A stretch of 64,000 bases of DNA. Origin: Eledone cirrhosa. Lineage: Eukaryota. This document shows, in pieces, positions 41,613-59,028 of this stretch. Where the stretch lies: the NCBI GenBank assembly GCA_964016885.1, contig OZ024746.1:58342001-58406000 (forward strand). Reading direction: 5' to 3'. The position numbers and the translations under genes were made by a program. How positions within the stretch are numbered: the stretch's first letter is position 1; every line of letters begins with the position of its first letter. The notes below the pieces were generated by a model. The model was not told the origin of the DNA, did not search any database, and saw only the letters and a list, made by a program, of their open reading frames with translations.

Positions 41613-42604
41613 GAGGTTACTAAATTATGATTGACAATTTTATTCGCCGCAATATCAGAGATTCTCGAATGCATATATAGTTAATTAATTTAAAGTTTTC
41701 ACAAGTCCAGAGGATCGACAGGCTGAACTTTAGCAAGGATTACTTGGTATTCATTAAATGAGAATACATGTCTCCCTTTTAGGCTGTACACCAATCTCTG
41801 GCAAAAGTAAGCCTCAGCCGCAGCTGGCCCTTGCTTCCTTTCAGTTGGGCGAGATGGAGACAGCTGAAATAAAGTGTCTTGCTCATGGATTCAATGTACA
41901 CTAAGTATTAGACTGTGCACATTTACACCTATTGATCATCAGTTTGAATACAGCAGTTTTCTGGGTAACGTTATAGATATACTGGAGGTTTTTTTGTTGT
42001 TATCTATAGCTACTAGTAACTATGTTGAACGACAATCTAGTATTGACCATCATTTTACACAGACATAGTGCATCTAGGAACGCATCTACAATAGTTATAT
42101 CTTGCATTTTTTTAAGAAAGGAAATAAATGATGGGAGATTTAGCATTTAAACCGGCCATATCAGGCCAGTATTCTCTTAGCTCTTTCCGTTCAAACTTGT
42201 GTAATGGTATTGTGCCATTCAAACTTGTGTTATGGTATTGTTCTCAAAATAAGTAACATCAAAATCTCAGCTTCGATATTATGTGAGATAAGTATGTGAG
42301 ATAAAGCCTTAACTGCGAAAATACAATAGTATATATAGAGAGTAATGTAAATACTACAAGGTTAACTAAAATATTTAGCAGTTCAAGGGGTCATTTCAAG
42401 CACATATATTGACGGGTGATAGACCACGTTGTATCTATTAGTTGATATAATTGCATAACATTTCGAAAATATTTTCACAAATCATTAATTTGAAACTGAT
42501 ATTAAAAAAACTCAGCATGTTAATAAATAAGGAATTATTCAGAATATGACTGAGTAGACAAGGTCTTGTATAATATGGGCAAGCAGTGTGCCTGTGTATC
42601 TGTA

Positions 42605-42642
<38 letters not shown>

Positions 42643-42854
42643 CATATATATTATACATATATATATATACATATATATACATATACATATATATATATAT
42701 ATACATATATATATATCTGTGTGTGTGTGTAGTCAGAAGCGACAATTTAACAATGTTTACTTCATTCTTAAATGAATTATTTAAAAGATTAATGTGTTAA
42801 AGGTATTGCACAGATACACGCACATATAGATATATAGATATACACACACTCATT

Positions 42855-42918
<64 letters not shown>

Positions 42919-43052
42919 GAGAGGTGAGTGTGTGTGTGTATATATATATATATACATATATATATATGTATTTATATATGTATGTACATATGTATATATA
43001 AATATCTATATATATATATGTATATTTATATATATATGTATATATATATATA

Positions 43053-43112
<60 letters not shown>

Positions 43113-43183
43113 GTATTTATATATATATATATACATATATGTATGTGTATATATATAAATATACATATATATATATATATTTA

Positions 43184-43302
<119 letters not shown>

Positions 43303-44208
43303 AATCACAAAAAAAGAGCATACAAATTAAAGTCATTGTCTGAACTCATTAATCATCTAAAAAAAAAATGCATCATAATTAAATAAAATAAAAATTTTTT
43401 TAAATCAGCCCCAAAATGGCTTCTTGTAAATATTCAGTATCTATTATTGAAAGAAAGAAAAAAAATACGTAAATTTAATAACGTCTTAATTAAAAAATAA
43501 TACAAAGAACTAAAATAATGATGAGAAAATATTATCTCTGTATTATGACAACAAAATGTGTGCCGTATCTGCAACAGAAAGCAAATCTTTTAACAACACG
43601 TATTGAAGTGCTGAGCTACACATTTCGTAGCCTTTTTATCACCTCGGTTATTATCATGGTGATATTTGTTAATTTAAAGCTTGCTTTCTCTCTGTACTCA
43701 CACATATTATTTTTTACCTTGTCTTTCTGTCAGGTATATTATATTAAACAGAAGATTCATCAACGCTTTCTTTGTTTACTTGAAAACAACTGCGACATGT
43801 AGAGAGAATGTGGCTGTGTGTGTGTGAGAGAGTGTGAGATTGGAGAAGAAATACGGTGAAAGAAGTGAATGAAGTGAGAGTTGGATTTAAAGGGAAGAAT
43901 GGAAAACAAAATGCTGACGTTTATATACTACATGTTTCCAGTTGTGCTTTCCTAATTGAGAAACTATTAAATTCAACAGGGGTTTATGTATGTATATTTA
44001 TATATATATAAATGTGTGTAGAGAGAGAGAGAGAGGGAGAGATTATAAATAACGGGACCCCGACGTCTGAGGTATTTCGGTTTCAACAGCCAGTTTCAGC
44101 CTCTGGGGTCATGTCACGTTATAATATAACCATACTCTACTAACCCACGTATCGAGTACTCTGTTGAATAAAGGTCTAACCAGTTTCAAACTGAATGCAT
44201 CCTTATTT

Positions 44209-44264
<56 letters not shown>

Positions 44265-46180
44265 AAGTGTGTGGTAAAATACTAAGTGGACCCTAACCCA
44301 CCAGAGTACTCGATACTTGGGGTAGTATATATAAATATATATATATATATATATGTGTATGTGTATGTATGTGTGTTTGTGTGTGTTTGTGTGTGTGTGT
44401 GTATGTGCGTGTGTGTGGGTATGTGGGTATGTGTGTGTATGAATGACCGGATGCACATATATACATATTAGTGAGGGTGTAAATTCTTCGTTGAATTCAG
44501 TAAGGTGAAGAATTTTGGGTTTTTTTAATGTAAATTTTATATTGATTATATAATATGATTTGATTTGAAATTACATTATAATTGTACTGTGAACATTAAA
44601 ATTATAACAAATAGTATAGCCAAAATGGGTAACTCATTCTTGCAAGGGAAGGATTATTGTTCATAATATTTAAATCATTTCAAGGAAACAAAACGTATAT
44701 TCCCAGTGTAAGGACTATTGAGAGATATATTAATATAAACCGCAACTTAAACCAGACTAAATTAAGAGATTATCTTTGGATATTAAATGAAGGCGTAATT
44801 AAATTTGATATCATCTGGAAAGATCTTGACTGATGCAACCCGAACGTGGACGTACCTTGACATGCCCGCTTATGTAATCCGGAAGAAAATGATATGATTG
44901 AATCACAAACAATAAAATATAATATATCTCTGAATATCTGATCGAATGTTTTCCGCGCAATGTTACTCGCTTCTCAATTTACATCATCACTATTAAGTTA
45001 AAGTCTGTTTATGACCCTACACATGTTGTTTGTCTCCAGGTCAACGCTGACATAATGTTTCTAGGAGTATATTAACAAATGTATCTTTCCTTTTATTAGG
45101 ACTATAAAAATCCTATTTGATTTGGAAATCCGAGTGTTATTTCCAGCAGATATAGAGAGCGGGGAGCCACTCATTCATTTGTCCATTTTTCATGATGTTA
45201 CTATATGGCGTGAAACAGATAGTTTGGAGCGTTTGCAATGGTCAAGTTTAATGCTATGTGTTGTCTTAGATGAAGTGCAATTACGGAAAAGGGATACACA
45301 ACAACATTAACAACAACAGAAACCAAACAATGACAAAGCAAAAACAAGTACAACAACTAAAAGAGCAATGACAATAAGGAAACCAATTCAAAATCTACGT
45401 TGTGAATCCATTATTGAAACAAAGAGTAATTTTGAAGAAAGGAGTATATAAGTTTTATTATTATCATACATGAGGGACATTTTCACACATTCACTCACAA
45501 ACACATACAAATGCACACACACACACAAAGATGCTCACATACAAAGATACAAACACACACACACAAAGACGTACAGTCAACATATGCACACGCATCCACA
45601 AACAGAAAGACATTTGATCGATTACACAAACACTTACTGAAACAACCATCATAGATTTTCATAGAATCACTGTTACACACACACGAATACACACACACGC
45701 GCACACACACACGCGCATACACACACACACGGGCGCGCGCGCGCGCGCATACACGTACAGATTCGCATAAATATGCACGGAAACAGACGCAAACACTAAG
45801 TACCCACATCATACACAGAGACACATACATACACAGCGTTCAGGACGCGACATTAACCAGACACACACTTCGAAGTCTTGAACAAAATTTTGGCAAGCCT
45901 CGTTTCCAAGATCAAAGTAGGCCATGTTGCTACTGTTGAATGATTTATTTTCTCTGTGTTTCTCAGATTTCCTTGGCAAGTTACAGTAAAGGTTAATATC
46001 GAAAGTTCACCAGTGAAAACATCGCTCGGCTTCAATCAAAGCGTTTTGTGTGAGATCAAAGGAGCTAGGCGCCGGCAATCGATAAGAATCGAGTAGAATC
46101 GTATTGACAACGACAATGTATGATGTATTTATATGATTTACACAGACACACATTCACATACAAATCGACGCATAAATATA

Positions 46181-46240
<60 letters not shown>

Positions 46241-46454
46241 AGTGTGTGTGTGTTTATGTGCATGTATGTATGTGTCTATATATATATATATATATTTACA
46301 CACGCATACACACGTGTATATAGGGAAGTAAATATACTATATACATATATATTACATTTATATACAGATGTATATACATATACATCTGTATATAAATGAA
46401 TGTTTATACATATACATAAACACACGCCCACACACACATATATATGTGTCTGTA

Positions 46455-46546
<92 letters not shown>

Positions 46547-47264
46547 TGTATGTATTCATATACATGTATATATATGAAGGTGGGGGTATATCTATATGTA
46601 GGATTATATATATGGATGCGTAAGCGTATGTGCACAGAAGCATACAGGCACATGCACATAAGAATACATGTGCGTCTGTATATGTGTATCGTTCTATGTA
46701 AGTATGTTTCTAGGTCTCTGTATGTATATCTGTATGCATGTGCACAATTATCGATATATCAATATTGAAAAAAATAGGTGAATGGCTATCAATAAACACT
46801 ATTTTAGTTATAATCACTTTACAATTGTCAACAAATCGATAGTATTTATTTATTGATCTCGGTCAATAGCTAGAGGGTGACACAACTACTAAGTAAAACG
46901 TGTGAAAGAGTCAAACAGTCTTTATTCTATCAATTGAAACTAAAGTAGCCAACTTATGTTTGATTCTCCAATATTGTTTTTGTGGGCGGTTTTTGTTTTG
47001 TTTTGCTTTACAGAACTTACAAGATTCTTATTTGTATATTGTTTTAACTAGCTTCATATTATTCAACGGTGGACGAGATCATTTTATATGCTAGAAATAG
47101 CAACTACTTTTATATATCAATGTGGTGTGTTATTAGAATCCACAAATTAGAAAAGCATAATCATATATACACGCCTATAAATACACACAGGCACACACAT
47201 TTATGCACATATAAAAAATACAGACACATACCAATATAGCATATAGCCTCATCCCATCCTCATA

Positions 47265-47401
47265 TCTCAGTGTCGGGGTCATGGACACAAGGACCAGCAT
47301 TCTCCATAGTTTCCTGTCTCTTGCCAATGCCGTACATTTCCCCAAACTCCTTCCCGCCCATTTTTAAATATCATCTGTCCATCTTCTTTTCTGCCGTCCC
47401 C
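47265..47401 (-). mobile_element. 3' fragment of a second RTE-like LINE
   Basis: The minus strand translates GRQKRRWTDDI*KW...LARDRKLWRMLV. Confidence 0.6.
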
Positions 47402-47424
47402 TATACAAATATAAAAAGTCTAAA

Positions 47425-47699
47425 CTCTGTCTTAAGCCAGAGGGCTCATTTGGCCGGTGCTTATCCCGGTTTCATGGCGTAAAGCGACTGAGAGTACAAG
47501 ACTCCCCTCTGGACAGGACGCCAGTCCATCACAGGGTTAAACCCTCAGCTATTGCTGGTACTCGTTTTCAGCTGAGTATACTGGAGCAACGTGAAATGAA
47601 GTGTTTTGCTCAAGAACACAACACGCACCCCAGGAATCGAATCCAAGACATTATGATCGTAATTCCAACACCCTTACCAGTAGGTCACATGCCTCCACC
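47425..47699 (-). mobile_element. tRNA-derived SINE with a CORE-like domain
   Basis: Minus strand: tRNA-like head with GATTCGATTCC, then GTGTTCTTGAGCAAAACACTT resembling the MIR CORE motif GTGACCTTGGGCAAGTCACTT. A partial copy lies at 9400-9490. Confidence 0.72.
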
Positions 47700-47849
47700 T
47701 ATACAACTATACACAGAGACAAATATACAGACACGTAAAAATATGCCAAATTTGACTTCCACCTTTCGTGGTCGATCAATAATTAAAATACCATTACAGG
47801 GGCGTTGAATTCAAGTAGTTCTAAAAGCTTAAACGGGCTACTTTGTAGC

Positions 47850-48250
47850 ATCTATAAAAGGATAGGATATATTGTAGGATATATTCAAAAATACTGAGGT
47901 AACATGGATGAGTGGTTCTGAAGGTTGCTAAAGATCATTGAGTTCTGCAAAACCTTGTGAAGGAACATTTAAACGGTTGTAACATGTGAGGTAAACTGCA
48001 CGAAGGAAAAGTGGTGGGATGTCCGTAATCTGGAGCTGCGTTACTATAGGACGGAAGGGGCTAGGCTTTGTGCACAATTAGGTTTAGTGATGTGTGATGT
48101 ATTTGAGTAATTTCGTTAAGGAATGTATAGCATTGAAGTCTTACTATACTTGGATACTATAGTTGGATTCCGTCATCGGTGAGTGATCAGAATGTATTGG
48201 GTGCATTATATAGTGAGTATTACCTGAATCTTACGAGACTGACTTACTAC
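47850..48250 (-). pseudogene. Possible degraded PLE RT fragment
   Basis: The minus strand gives frameshifted P..VHK and PFRPIV (RT1/RT2-like) near 48040-48085. Confidence 0.3.
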
Positions 48251-48330
48251 TGTATCCGTTATATATATGACTTGATTTTTTATTTCATTGTTTTAACTTA
48301 TATATATATGTATGTATATATATATATATT

Positions 48331-48490
<160 letters not shown>

Positions 48491-48748
48491 TGTGTGTAGA
48501 TAAATCTACCAAAATATACGGTACTGTCCAATCCGTATGAAGAACTCAATGTAATCCAAATATCATGAAAAGAGAAGATGTATTCAAAATTTTTTTCGAT
48601 GAAAATCACAGGAAAACAGAGTCAAGATAAATTGATAAAAACAATGAATAAAAACAAAGAAACAGTTCCTTATATTAAACATTTTTTAATATAAGGAATT
48701 TTTTAATATAAGGAACTGTTTCTTTATTTTTATTCATTGATTTTATTA

Positions 48749-48863
<115 letters not shown>

Positions 48864-49514
48864 AAGGTGCATATTGGATGTTGGAACACAGGTTTTTGAA
48901 TTAGCCATTATGGTACACTTCTTTTCATTCCATTCGATTAGTGATCCTAGGTTTTAATTGCTTGATTAAGAGTGCTTCCTTAATACTCAGTGCACCAGAA
49001 TGGCAAATTTAAAAGCCTGTATTCCAACATCCCAGCAGCCGTTTCATTCTTTCTTTCAAATTAAATCTATGTCCTAACTACGCAAACACACTTACACTCA
49101 TGCACATATAGCACACATATTTTCCCTGTTTTATTATATACATTTTCGCACACACCTTTCACTATATAAACTCACATTCACGCACACACATGCAAACATT
49201 CCAGAAAGCACACTTATATTCACGCACACACATGCATATATCATACATTTGACAATGTGCTCGTTTGAAATGTTAACATCTTCTCATTTAATTTCATTTA
49301 AATCTGCTCTCCAAACAAGCTAGTCAAATCCGATCGATATTTTAAGTCTCTCAGAGGGTTACTCCCTTGATAATCGGTTTTTAAACTATTTGACATCATT
49401 AAATTGGCTAAGGTATGATTTTTTGTTATCTTAGCGATTCAATTTTCTTTCTAATACCTTATTTGGTTTTAAAAATTATTTAAATTTGTGTCTCATGTAT
49501 ATATATAAATATAT

Positions 49515-49620
<106 letters not shown>

Positions 49621-50372
49621 GATGGCTACAAACTCAGCTAAGAATATTGCAATCGCTTCTCAGATTATAGAGTGTGCCACACGAATTTGTAACAGATCCA
49701 GAACAAACAATGCCTGTGCTTTGAAGGTTTTTTTAAGTGGGGAAAGGCCTTGCACTCGACCAATCCCACTCTCTGAGCATCAAAAACACTTCCTGAAAAG
49801 GAGAATCGGATGCTTCGGATATAAATATATATATATAAACACGCACACAAGGATTATAATCGTGAAGTTTAGATGTAGATATCCATAATTAGTTTTATTC
49901 AGAATCTGCCGCAACATATATTTCTGTGGCATTAATCATTACATAATGTTGCCATCATGCAACAACCAACACGATTTCACTACAAGGTGTTATGTGAAAT
50001 TTCTAATGCAATACAGTCTATCGATAAAAAAAGGACGAATTCGATATTGGGTATTTGTGAGTCTCTTCCTTTTACAGCATGACGCAATTATTAATTACAC
50101 AGAATTAATGACACAGAAATATATTTTACGGCAAATTATGAATATCTATATCTGGTCTTTGCAATTAATATTATTGTACGGCATGGGCAGGCTTTGGAGG
50201 GATACGGTGTGTCGTTGAGTGCTGCGTATACCTAATTGTGTCCGCAAAACACAGGTTGGGTGAACAACCCAAGTGTATATATATAAATATAGATATATAA
50301 TATATAGAGTTATAAACTCAAATACCGTTTTACAATTAAATAGCTCAAAGAAAGGAATATTTATGAGCCGTG

Positions 50373-50748
50373 TAATACAAATGAATATCTGATAGGGATA
50401 AACACCGATACAAGTATACATGTGTTCGCATTGCAAATGACCAAGTTAGCTAGATTGAAAAATACTAATTAAAATAATACGGTTTGCCTGTCTCGATTTA
50501 AAATAATAAATCAATAAAAACAAACCTTAATTGTTGCGAAACAAATTTGAAATTTAAAATTTAGATTTGTCCAGGTATCACGGCTATTGCCAATATAGGT
50601 TGGTTTTTATTGATTTATTATTTTAAATCGAGACAGGCAAACCGTATTATTTTAATTAGTATTTTTCCATCTAGCTAACTTGGTCATTTTCAATGCGAAC
50701 ACATGTATACTTGTATCAGTGTTTATCCCTATCATATATTCATTTGTA
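50373..50748. repeat. Inverted repeat with arms of about 155 bp
   Basis: TACAAATGAATAT...AACCT mirrored by AGGTT...ATATTCATTTGTA. Confidence 0.9.
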
Positions 50749-50857
50749 TATATATATATATATGAGTGTGCAGTATGAACTCTGGATGTCGGTGAGCATG
50801 TCCAGCTAACCTCAGCCTCCTCTGTGCTACTCTCGAGCTTACTCTCCCTCTCCCCCC

Positions 50858-50909
<52 letters not shown>

Positions 50910-50917
50910 TTGGGTTG

Positions 50918-50973
<56 letters not shown>

Positions 50974-50989
50974 CAACCCAAGTGTATAT

Positions 50990-53887
<2,898 letters not shown>

Positions 53888-53894
53888 TGTGTGT

Positions 53895-53954
<60 letters not shown>

Positions 53955-54259
53955 GGGTGTGGGTGTATGTGTGTGTGTGTGTGCTGTGTGTGGGTGTGGG
54001 GGGATGGGGGGGGGGGTGCATAGATAGATGAATATACAGAATTATAGAGACATTGGGGAGAGAGGGAATACCTCATTTCAGCTGCTATATAGACATTTAT
54101 TTATCACCGGAAAATACAAATAGATGGTGTTCACAGTCTCACACGAAATAGAACTGAAAATCCCAAAAGAAAAACACATGATATACTCAAGTAAATCTTT
54201 TGTAATTCTCAAATTGGTAATGAAGTGTGGCGAAGTGCTGCTGCACAGTAGTAATTACG

Positions 54260-54442
<183 letters not shown>

Positions 54443-54890
54443 AGTATATCTACCAACATATGTATACAGATGTATACTCATGCTAGCAAATATATATGTT
54501 ATGCCTTAGTACCTTTGTGGTTCTATGCAGGGGGATGCAGAAGAATTATATGAAAGACGTAAAATAAGAATATATTTGCAAGCATATGTTGGTAGATATA
54601 CTAATTCTCTATATTTATCTCCAAATTATTTGTTGAGTAAAACTTGCCAAAATTTACTGCTGGGATTCATGGTAGTAGTAGGCTATTGTCGTAATACCAC
54701 CCCACTTCTCAATGATTAACCTCAGTGTCACGTGATTGATCCTTTAGAATCTGCCACTGACCAGAGAGGTAGTGAATTTTTTCAGTGCTTTGGAATTTAG
54801 TCCCCGCTAGCTTTGTTCCATCCACTGAATTATTATTTTTATATGGGTTCCTAGTGTCCGCGCATTGCCTGGGAACTTAGCTGAGAATAG

Positions 54891-54972
54891 ACTCCCTGAT
54901 GACGTAAGGAATTCTCTATAGTTATCTTACGTAACTATATTTATCCCCTTACAGAAACTAATTAGTTGGAGT
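54891..54972 (+). ncRNA. HHR with long stem II
   Basis: ACTCC-CTGATGA-c-GTAAGG...CCTTAC-a-GAAA-CTAATTAG-TT-GGAGT; palindromic stem III ACTAATTAGT, GUU site. Confidence 0.72.
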
Positions 54973-55028
54973 GAACATTTTAGTAAGTAAGTTAAATTTT
55001 GATTTTTAAAATTTTCTTATTTTACTTT

Positions 55029-55160
<132 letters not shown>

Positions 55161-55165
55161 ATATA

Positions 55166-55468
55166 TCCTTATCGAGCCTTCTTTGGATTTCAGTCTTCAC
55201 ATTTATTATTATTACTATATAGTAATAATAATAAATGTGAAGACTGAAATCCAAAGAAGGCTCGATAAGGATATATATATATATATATATATATATCAAA
55301 TATATAAGAACCCTAGAGCAAATATTTATTAAAATAACATATTAAAGTTTAAGCAAAGAATCGCTGCTTTCACCCTGAACCGGATCTTCTGTTTCAGAAG
55401 ATCCCGTTAAGGGTGAAAGCAGCGATTCTTTGCTTAATCTTTAATATGTTACTTTAATAAATATATAT
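55166..55468. repeat. Two adjacent palindromes of the GAAGACT..AATCCAAAG family (other copies at 3213-3390 and 61565-61710)
   Basis: Perfect palindrome 55166-55271 centred on ACTATATAGT; second hairpin at about 55322-55466. Confidence 0.85.
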
Positions 55469-55471
55469 ATG

Positions 55472-55516
<45 letters not shown>

Positions 55517-55570
55517 CGTTTCTGAATTTGTTTAGCAAGATTCTTAATCTGAAATCGTGTGTTGAAACCG

Positions 55571-55828
55571 ATATTGTTATACTTTGGGAGGGTCATGTTG
55601 CCAATAAGAAACACACGCACCGGTTGCTTTCACTTCAATTTATTATATATTTATAAATTTATAAATTTACAAATCTACAAATTTATAAATTTCTGGTTGG
55701 TTGGTTGGTTCCACAACCAGATAGTTGTTTATATATAGTCATAGTCCTTTCGTCACACACTCTGTGACCTCTTCAGTGACTGGGGATTCCTCTCTTTGTT
55801 TCTGTGCCTTTCCTTTCTTCTGTCCTAC
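55571..55828 (-). repeat. Inverted 5' pseudo-LTR of the PLE
   Basis: 258-bp reverse complement of 58775-59032; I noticed 4 substitutions. Confidence 0.93.
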
Positions 55829-55913
55829 ACACAACAACGATAACACACACGGAAACAACAACAACACACATCAACAACAGCACACATCAACAACAACAAC
55901 ACACACGCATTCA

Positions 55914-58610
55914 ATGCCTCTCACCACCACCACAATCTTAACAAACACACAGACACAGAAAACAAGTAATGACAGTAGCACAGAAATCACAGAAATAAGG
56001 GAAAGTAATAGGATTAAAAGGAGAAGGGAGACTAAGGACAAAGAGAATAACCAAGACGAACACACAGACACACAAAATAGGGTAGATAACAACATTGAGC
56101 CAGTGGAAAGAGATAGGAGTAATTATGAGAGACATAGAAACAACCATGAGGCTGTTGGTGGAAATAAAAATAGAAACAACACAACTAACAATAACAATAG
56201 CACTAGTACACATAAAGCAGCAGCCTGGAACTCTCCGTTTTATAATCCCTCCGATAAATCATTCGACCTGCGACGAGTCCACGCCACGACTTTACCATTT
56301 AACAAACGCACGCAGTTGCCGTCGCAGGTCGATGAACAAACAGAAGCACAATTTAGTATAGCTAGATCCGAACTTAGAAATATTATAGAACAGTATAGCA
56401 AGAAGCATAATAGAATAGAGGCCCAGCAACTGGGAGAAAAATCTGCAAATAGCTTGCGTAAGCTCATGCAGCGCTCACGTAATAGAGAGATAGCATGCTT
56501 TCCAACAGACAAGTCTGGTAGAATGTCGGTTGACAGCCTGCCAAACTACATCCAGGCAATGCAACCCCACATCACTAACACAAGAGAGGTAACACCACAG
56601 GAGCATGAGGATAGAGAAAAAGCCCTCAATGCCCATATGGTGGTGTGGACGAATATAATGCAGCCCAACAAAAGGACTGCCAACAACTTCCAGGCCTGGA
56701 ACAATGACGTGCCGGCGTTGTATGGGCTTCGAAAAGACCATAAAACGGGCTGTGACCCTGTCGCGGGACCACCAACACGGCCAGTCTGTGGAGCTAACAT
56801 TGCTAGTAACTACAGACTGTCCTACTTCCTCTCCCTGATCATACGCCCCATCATTGAGATGTCCCCAGATGTATGTGACAGCACGGAGGACCTCCTCAGC
56901 AGAATCGGCGTGGGTAACCGATCTGGGGACCTAACAAACTGCATAATAGGCAGTATGGATGTTGTGTCCATGTATCCATCTATTGACGTGGATTTTGCTG
57001 TGGAGAAATGCGTAGAAATGATCAGCGAGAGCAAGGTTGAGTTCCGTGGGATTGATACCAGTGAGCTGGCACTTCTACTTAAGCTTACCCATAGTAATAG
57101 TTACCTAGACACATATGACCTTAGCAACCTGTGCCCTACAAGACCAGCAAGAGGCAGACCACCTACCATTACCTCAATGGCCAAGAAAATCCACACAGAT
57201 AGATGGAACGGGTGGACCAGAGCCATACGGACACCCGAAAACTACGATGAACTGAAGAAAATGATTGCACATGCGGTAGGGGCCAGCATAAAATTAACCC
57301 TTAAGGAACATATGTTCAAATTTAATGGAAAAACATATGCCCAAGAGGAAGGAGCAGCCATTGGTGTTAGTATTGCAGGCGACATAGCTAACTTATTCAT
57401 GGTATGGTGGGACAGTAGACTTAAACTTAAACTTAAAGAACAATTAGAAGACAGCTTAACCTTGATAATGTACTCCCGCTACGTAGATGATATAAACATC
57501 GTAGTTAAGACACCCCCACTAGAGAACAGTCAGGAACTAGAGAAAAACACAATGGAAAGCATTCAGCAAATAGCAAACTCCATCCACCAGAGCATTAGAG
57601 TTACTATAGACTACCCAAGTAGACACCCCAACCATCGATTACCTGTACTAGACACAGAGTTCTGGTTAGATACCATTAACAACCAAAAACAAATCCTCCA
57701 TTCCCATTATGCCAAACCCATGACTTCCAAACATCTGATGCACCGAAACTCGGCCATTTCGGACCATACCAAAATCAACATACTGATTGCGGATTTGGTA
57801 CGGGTGATGAGAAATGTGTCCCGCATGTGCAACCCCGAAGAACTAGAGAGACACATACAACACTTTATGCACCGTATGCAGTTCTCTGGCTACAATCAGA
57901 GAGATAGAATCAGAGTGTATAGAGGAGCCAGAACCAAATGGGAAAAAATGGTAAATAATGACATAAATGGGACCTGCCCCTTGTATAGGAGCAAATTTTG
58001 GAATAGAATAGAAAGAACTAGGAACAAGGCCAATAGAATAAACTCATGGTATGATAGCAATAAATACCAGAGTGTAATGTTCATCGATACAACCCCTAGA
58101 GGCGAACTAGCCTACATATTTAGAAGGGCCCTAAATAAACATAAACTCAATATTAAGATAGTAGAAAGACCAGATACCTCCGTAAAAACATTTATTAGCA
58201 AAACATACCCGTTCCAAAGACCCTCATGTATAGATAAGAAATGTATAACCTGTAAAATAAGCCCCCATATTAACTGTAAAACTAGAAATGTAGTGTATAG
58301 CATAAGATGTACTGAAGGACAATGTAGAAACAAAAATATAGTGTACATGGGTGAGACAGCTCGTAGTATAGGGGAACGGATAAATGAACACTGGCGAGAC
58401 CTTCAAGATAATAAAGAATCATCTGTTCTCCACCAACATGCTAAGATAGAACACAAGGGTAAATTAGAGAACATAGAAATAAAAATAGAATCTACACACA
58501 GAAAAGGTGCAAAGTTTAGACAAATTACAGAGGCAATAAACATAAAAGAATTACAACCAAAATTAAATAGAACATATGAGTGGAACAGCAACATCACAAC
58601 TTACAATTAA
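55914..58610 (+). CDS. PLE reverse transcriptase-GIY-YIG endonuclease polyprotein (about 898 aa from the first in-frame ATG)
   Basis: Uninterrupted ORF. RT motifs: PTDKSGR, LYGLRKDHK, PTRPVC, SMDVVSMYPSI, EGAAIGVSIAGDIANLFM, RYVDDI, LPVLDTEFW, YAKP. Cys-rich linker CIDKKCITC..C. GIY-YIG-type NVVYSIRC..C..VYMGET..ERINEH..EA. The ORF-track start at 55725 lies inside the inverted pLTR, so the true start is uncertain. Confidence 0.92.
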   Translation: MPLTTTTILTNTQTQKTSNDSSTEITEIRESNRIKRRRETKDKENNQDEHTDTQNRVDNNIEPVERDRSNYERHRNNHEAVGGNKNRNNTTNNNNSTSTHKAAAWNSPFYNPSDKSFDLRRVHATTLPFNKRTQLPSQVDEQTEAQFSIARSELRNIIEQYSKKHNRIEAQQLGEKSANSLRKLMQRSRNREIACFPTDKSGRMSVDSLPNYIQAMQPHITNTREVTPQEHEDREKALNAHMVVWTNIMQPNKRTANNFQAWNNDVPALYGLRKDHKTGCDPVAGPPTRPVCGANIASNYRLSYFLSLIIRPIIEMSPDVCDSTEDLLSRIGVGNRSGDLTNCIIGSMDVVSMYPSIDVDFAVEKCVEMISESKVEFRGIDTSELALLLKLTHSNSYLDTYDLSNLCPTRPARGRPPTITSMAKKIHTDRWNGWTRAIRTPENYDELKKMIAHAVGASIKLTLKEHMFKFNGKTYAQEEGAAIGVSIAGDIANLFMVWWDSRLKLKLKEQLEDSLTLIMYSRYVDDINIVVKTPPLENSQELEKNTMESIQQIANSIHQSIRVTIDYPSRHPNHRLPVLDTEFWLDTINNQKQILHSHYAKPMTSKHLMHRNSAISDHTKINILIADLVRVMRNVSRMCNPEELERHIQHFMHRMQFSGYNQRDRIRVYRGARTKWEKMVNNDINGTCPLYRSKFWNRIERTRNKANRINSWYDSNKYQSVMFIDTTPRGELAYIFRRALNKHKLNIKIVERPDTSVKTFISKTYPFQRPSCIDKKCITCKISPHINCKTRNVVYSIRCTEGQCRNKNIVYMGETARSIGERINEHWRDLQDNKESSVLHQHAKIEHKGKLENIEIKIESTHRKGAKFRQITEAINIKELQPKLNRTYEWNSNITTYN

Positions 58611-58774
58611 GGACAAAATGAAAACACACACACACATAGAAAAAACAACCAACCAACAACCAATAACATGTAAATAAATAAACAAATAGATAAATGAACA
58701 CAAACACACACAGACACCCGGATGTGGCGCATGCGCAAACTGAGCACACAACACACACACAGAAACAAAATGGC

Positions 58775-59028
58775 GTAGGACAGAAGAAAGGAAAGGCACA
58801 GAAACAAAGAAAGGAATCCCCAGTCACTGAAGAGGTCACAGAGTGTGTGACGAAAGGACTATGACTATATATAAACAACTATCTGGTTGTGGAACCAACC
58901 AACCAACCAGAAATTTATAAATTTGTACATTTGTAAATTTATAAATTTATAAATATATAATAAATTGAAGTGAAAGCAACTGGTGCGTGTGTTTCTTATT
59001 GGCAACGTGACCCTCCCAAAGTATAACA

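Noticed and set aside
44046-44112. GACCCC..GGGGTC hairpin resembling the 17.2-kb family HHR
   Set aside because: Probably related, but the CTGANGA core is not recoverable.
50381-50430. HHR-like CTGATAG..GATAC in the 50.4-kb palindrome
   Set aside because: Two core deviations and no clear stem I.
55725-55913. N-terminal 63 aa of the 961-aa ORF call
   Set aside because: Starts at a TTG inside the inverted pLTR and crosses the inversion junction; probably chance read-through.
55914-58610. Telomerase, or a Naiad/Chlamys-type PLE
   Set aside because: A GIY-YIG domain is present and lies C-terminal to the RT; no in-frame TGA was seen.
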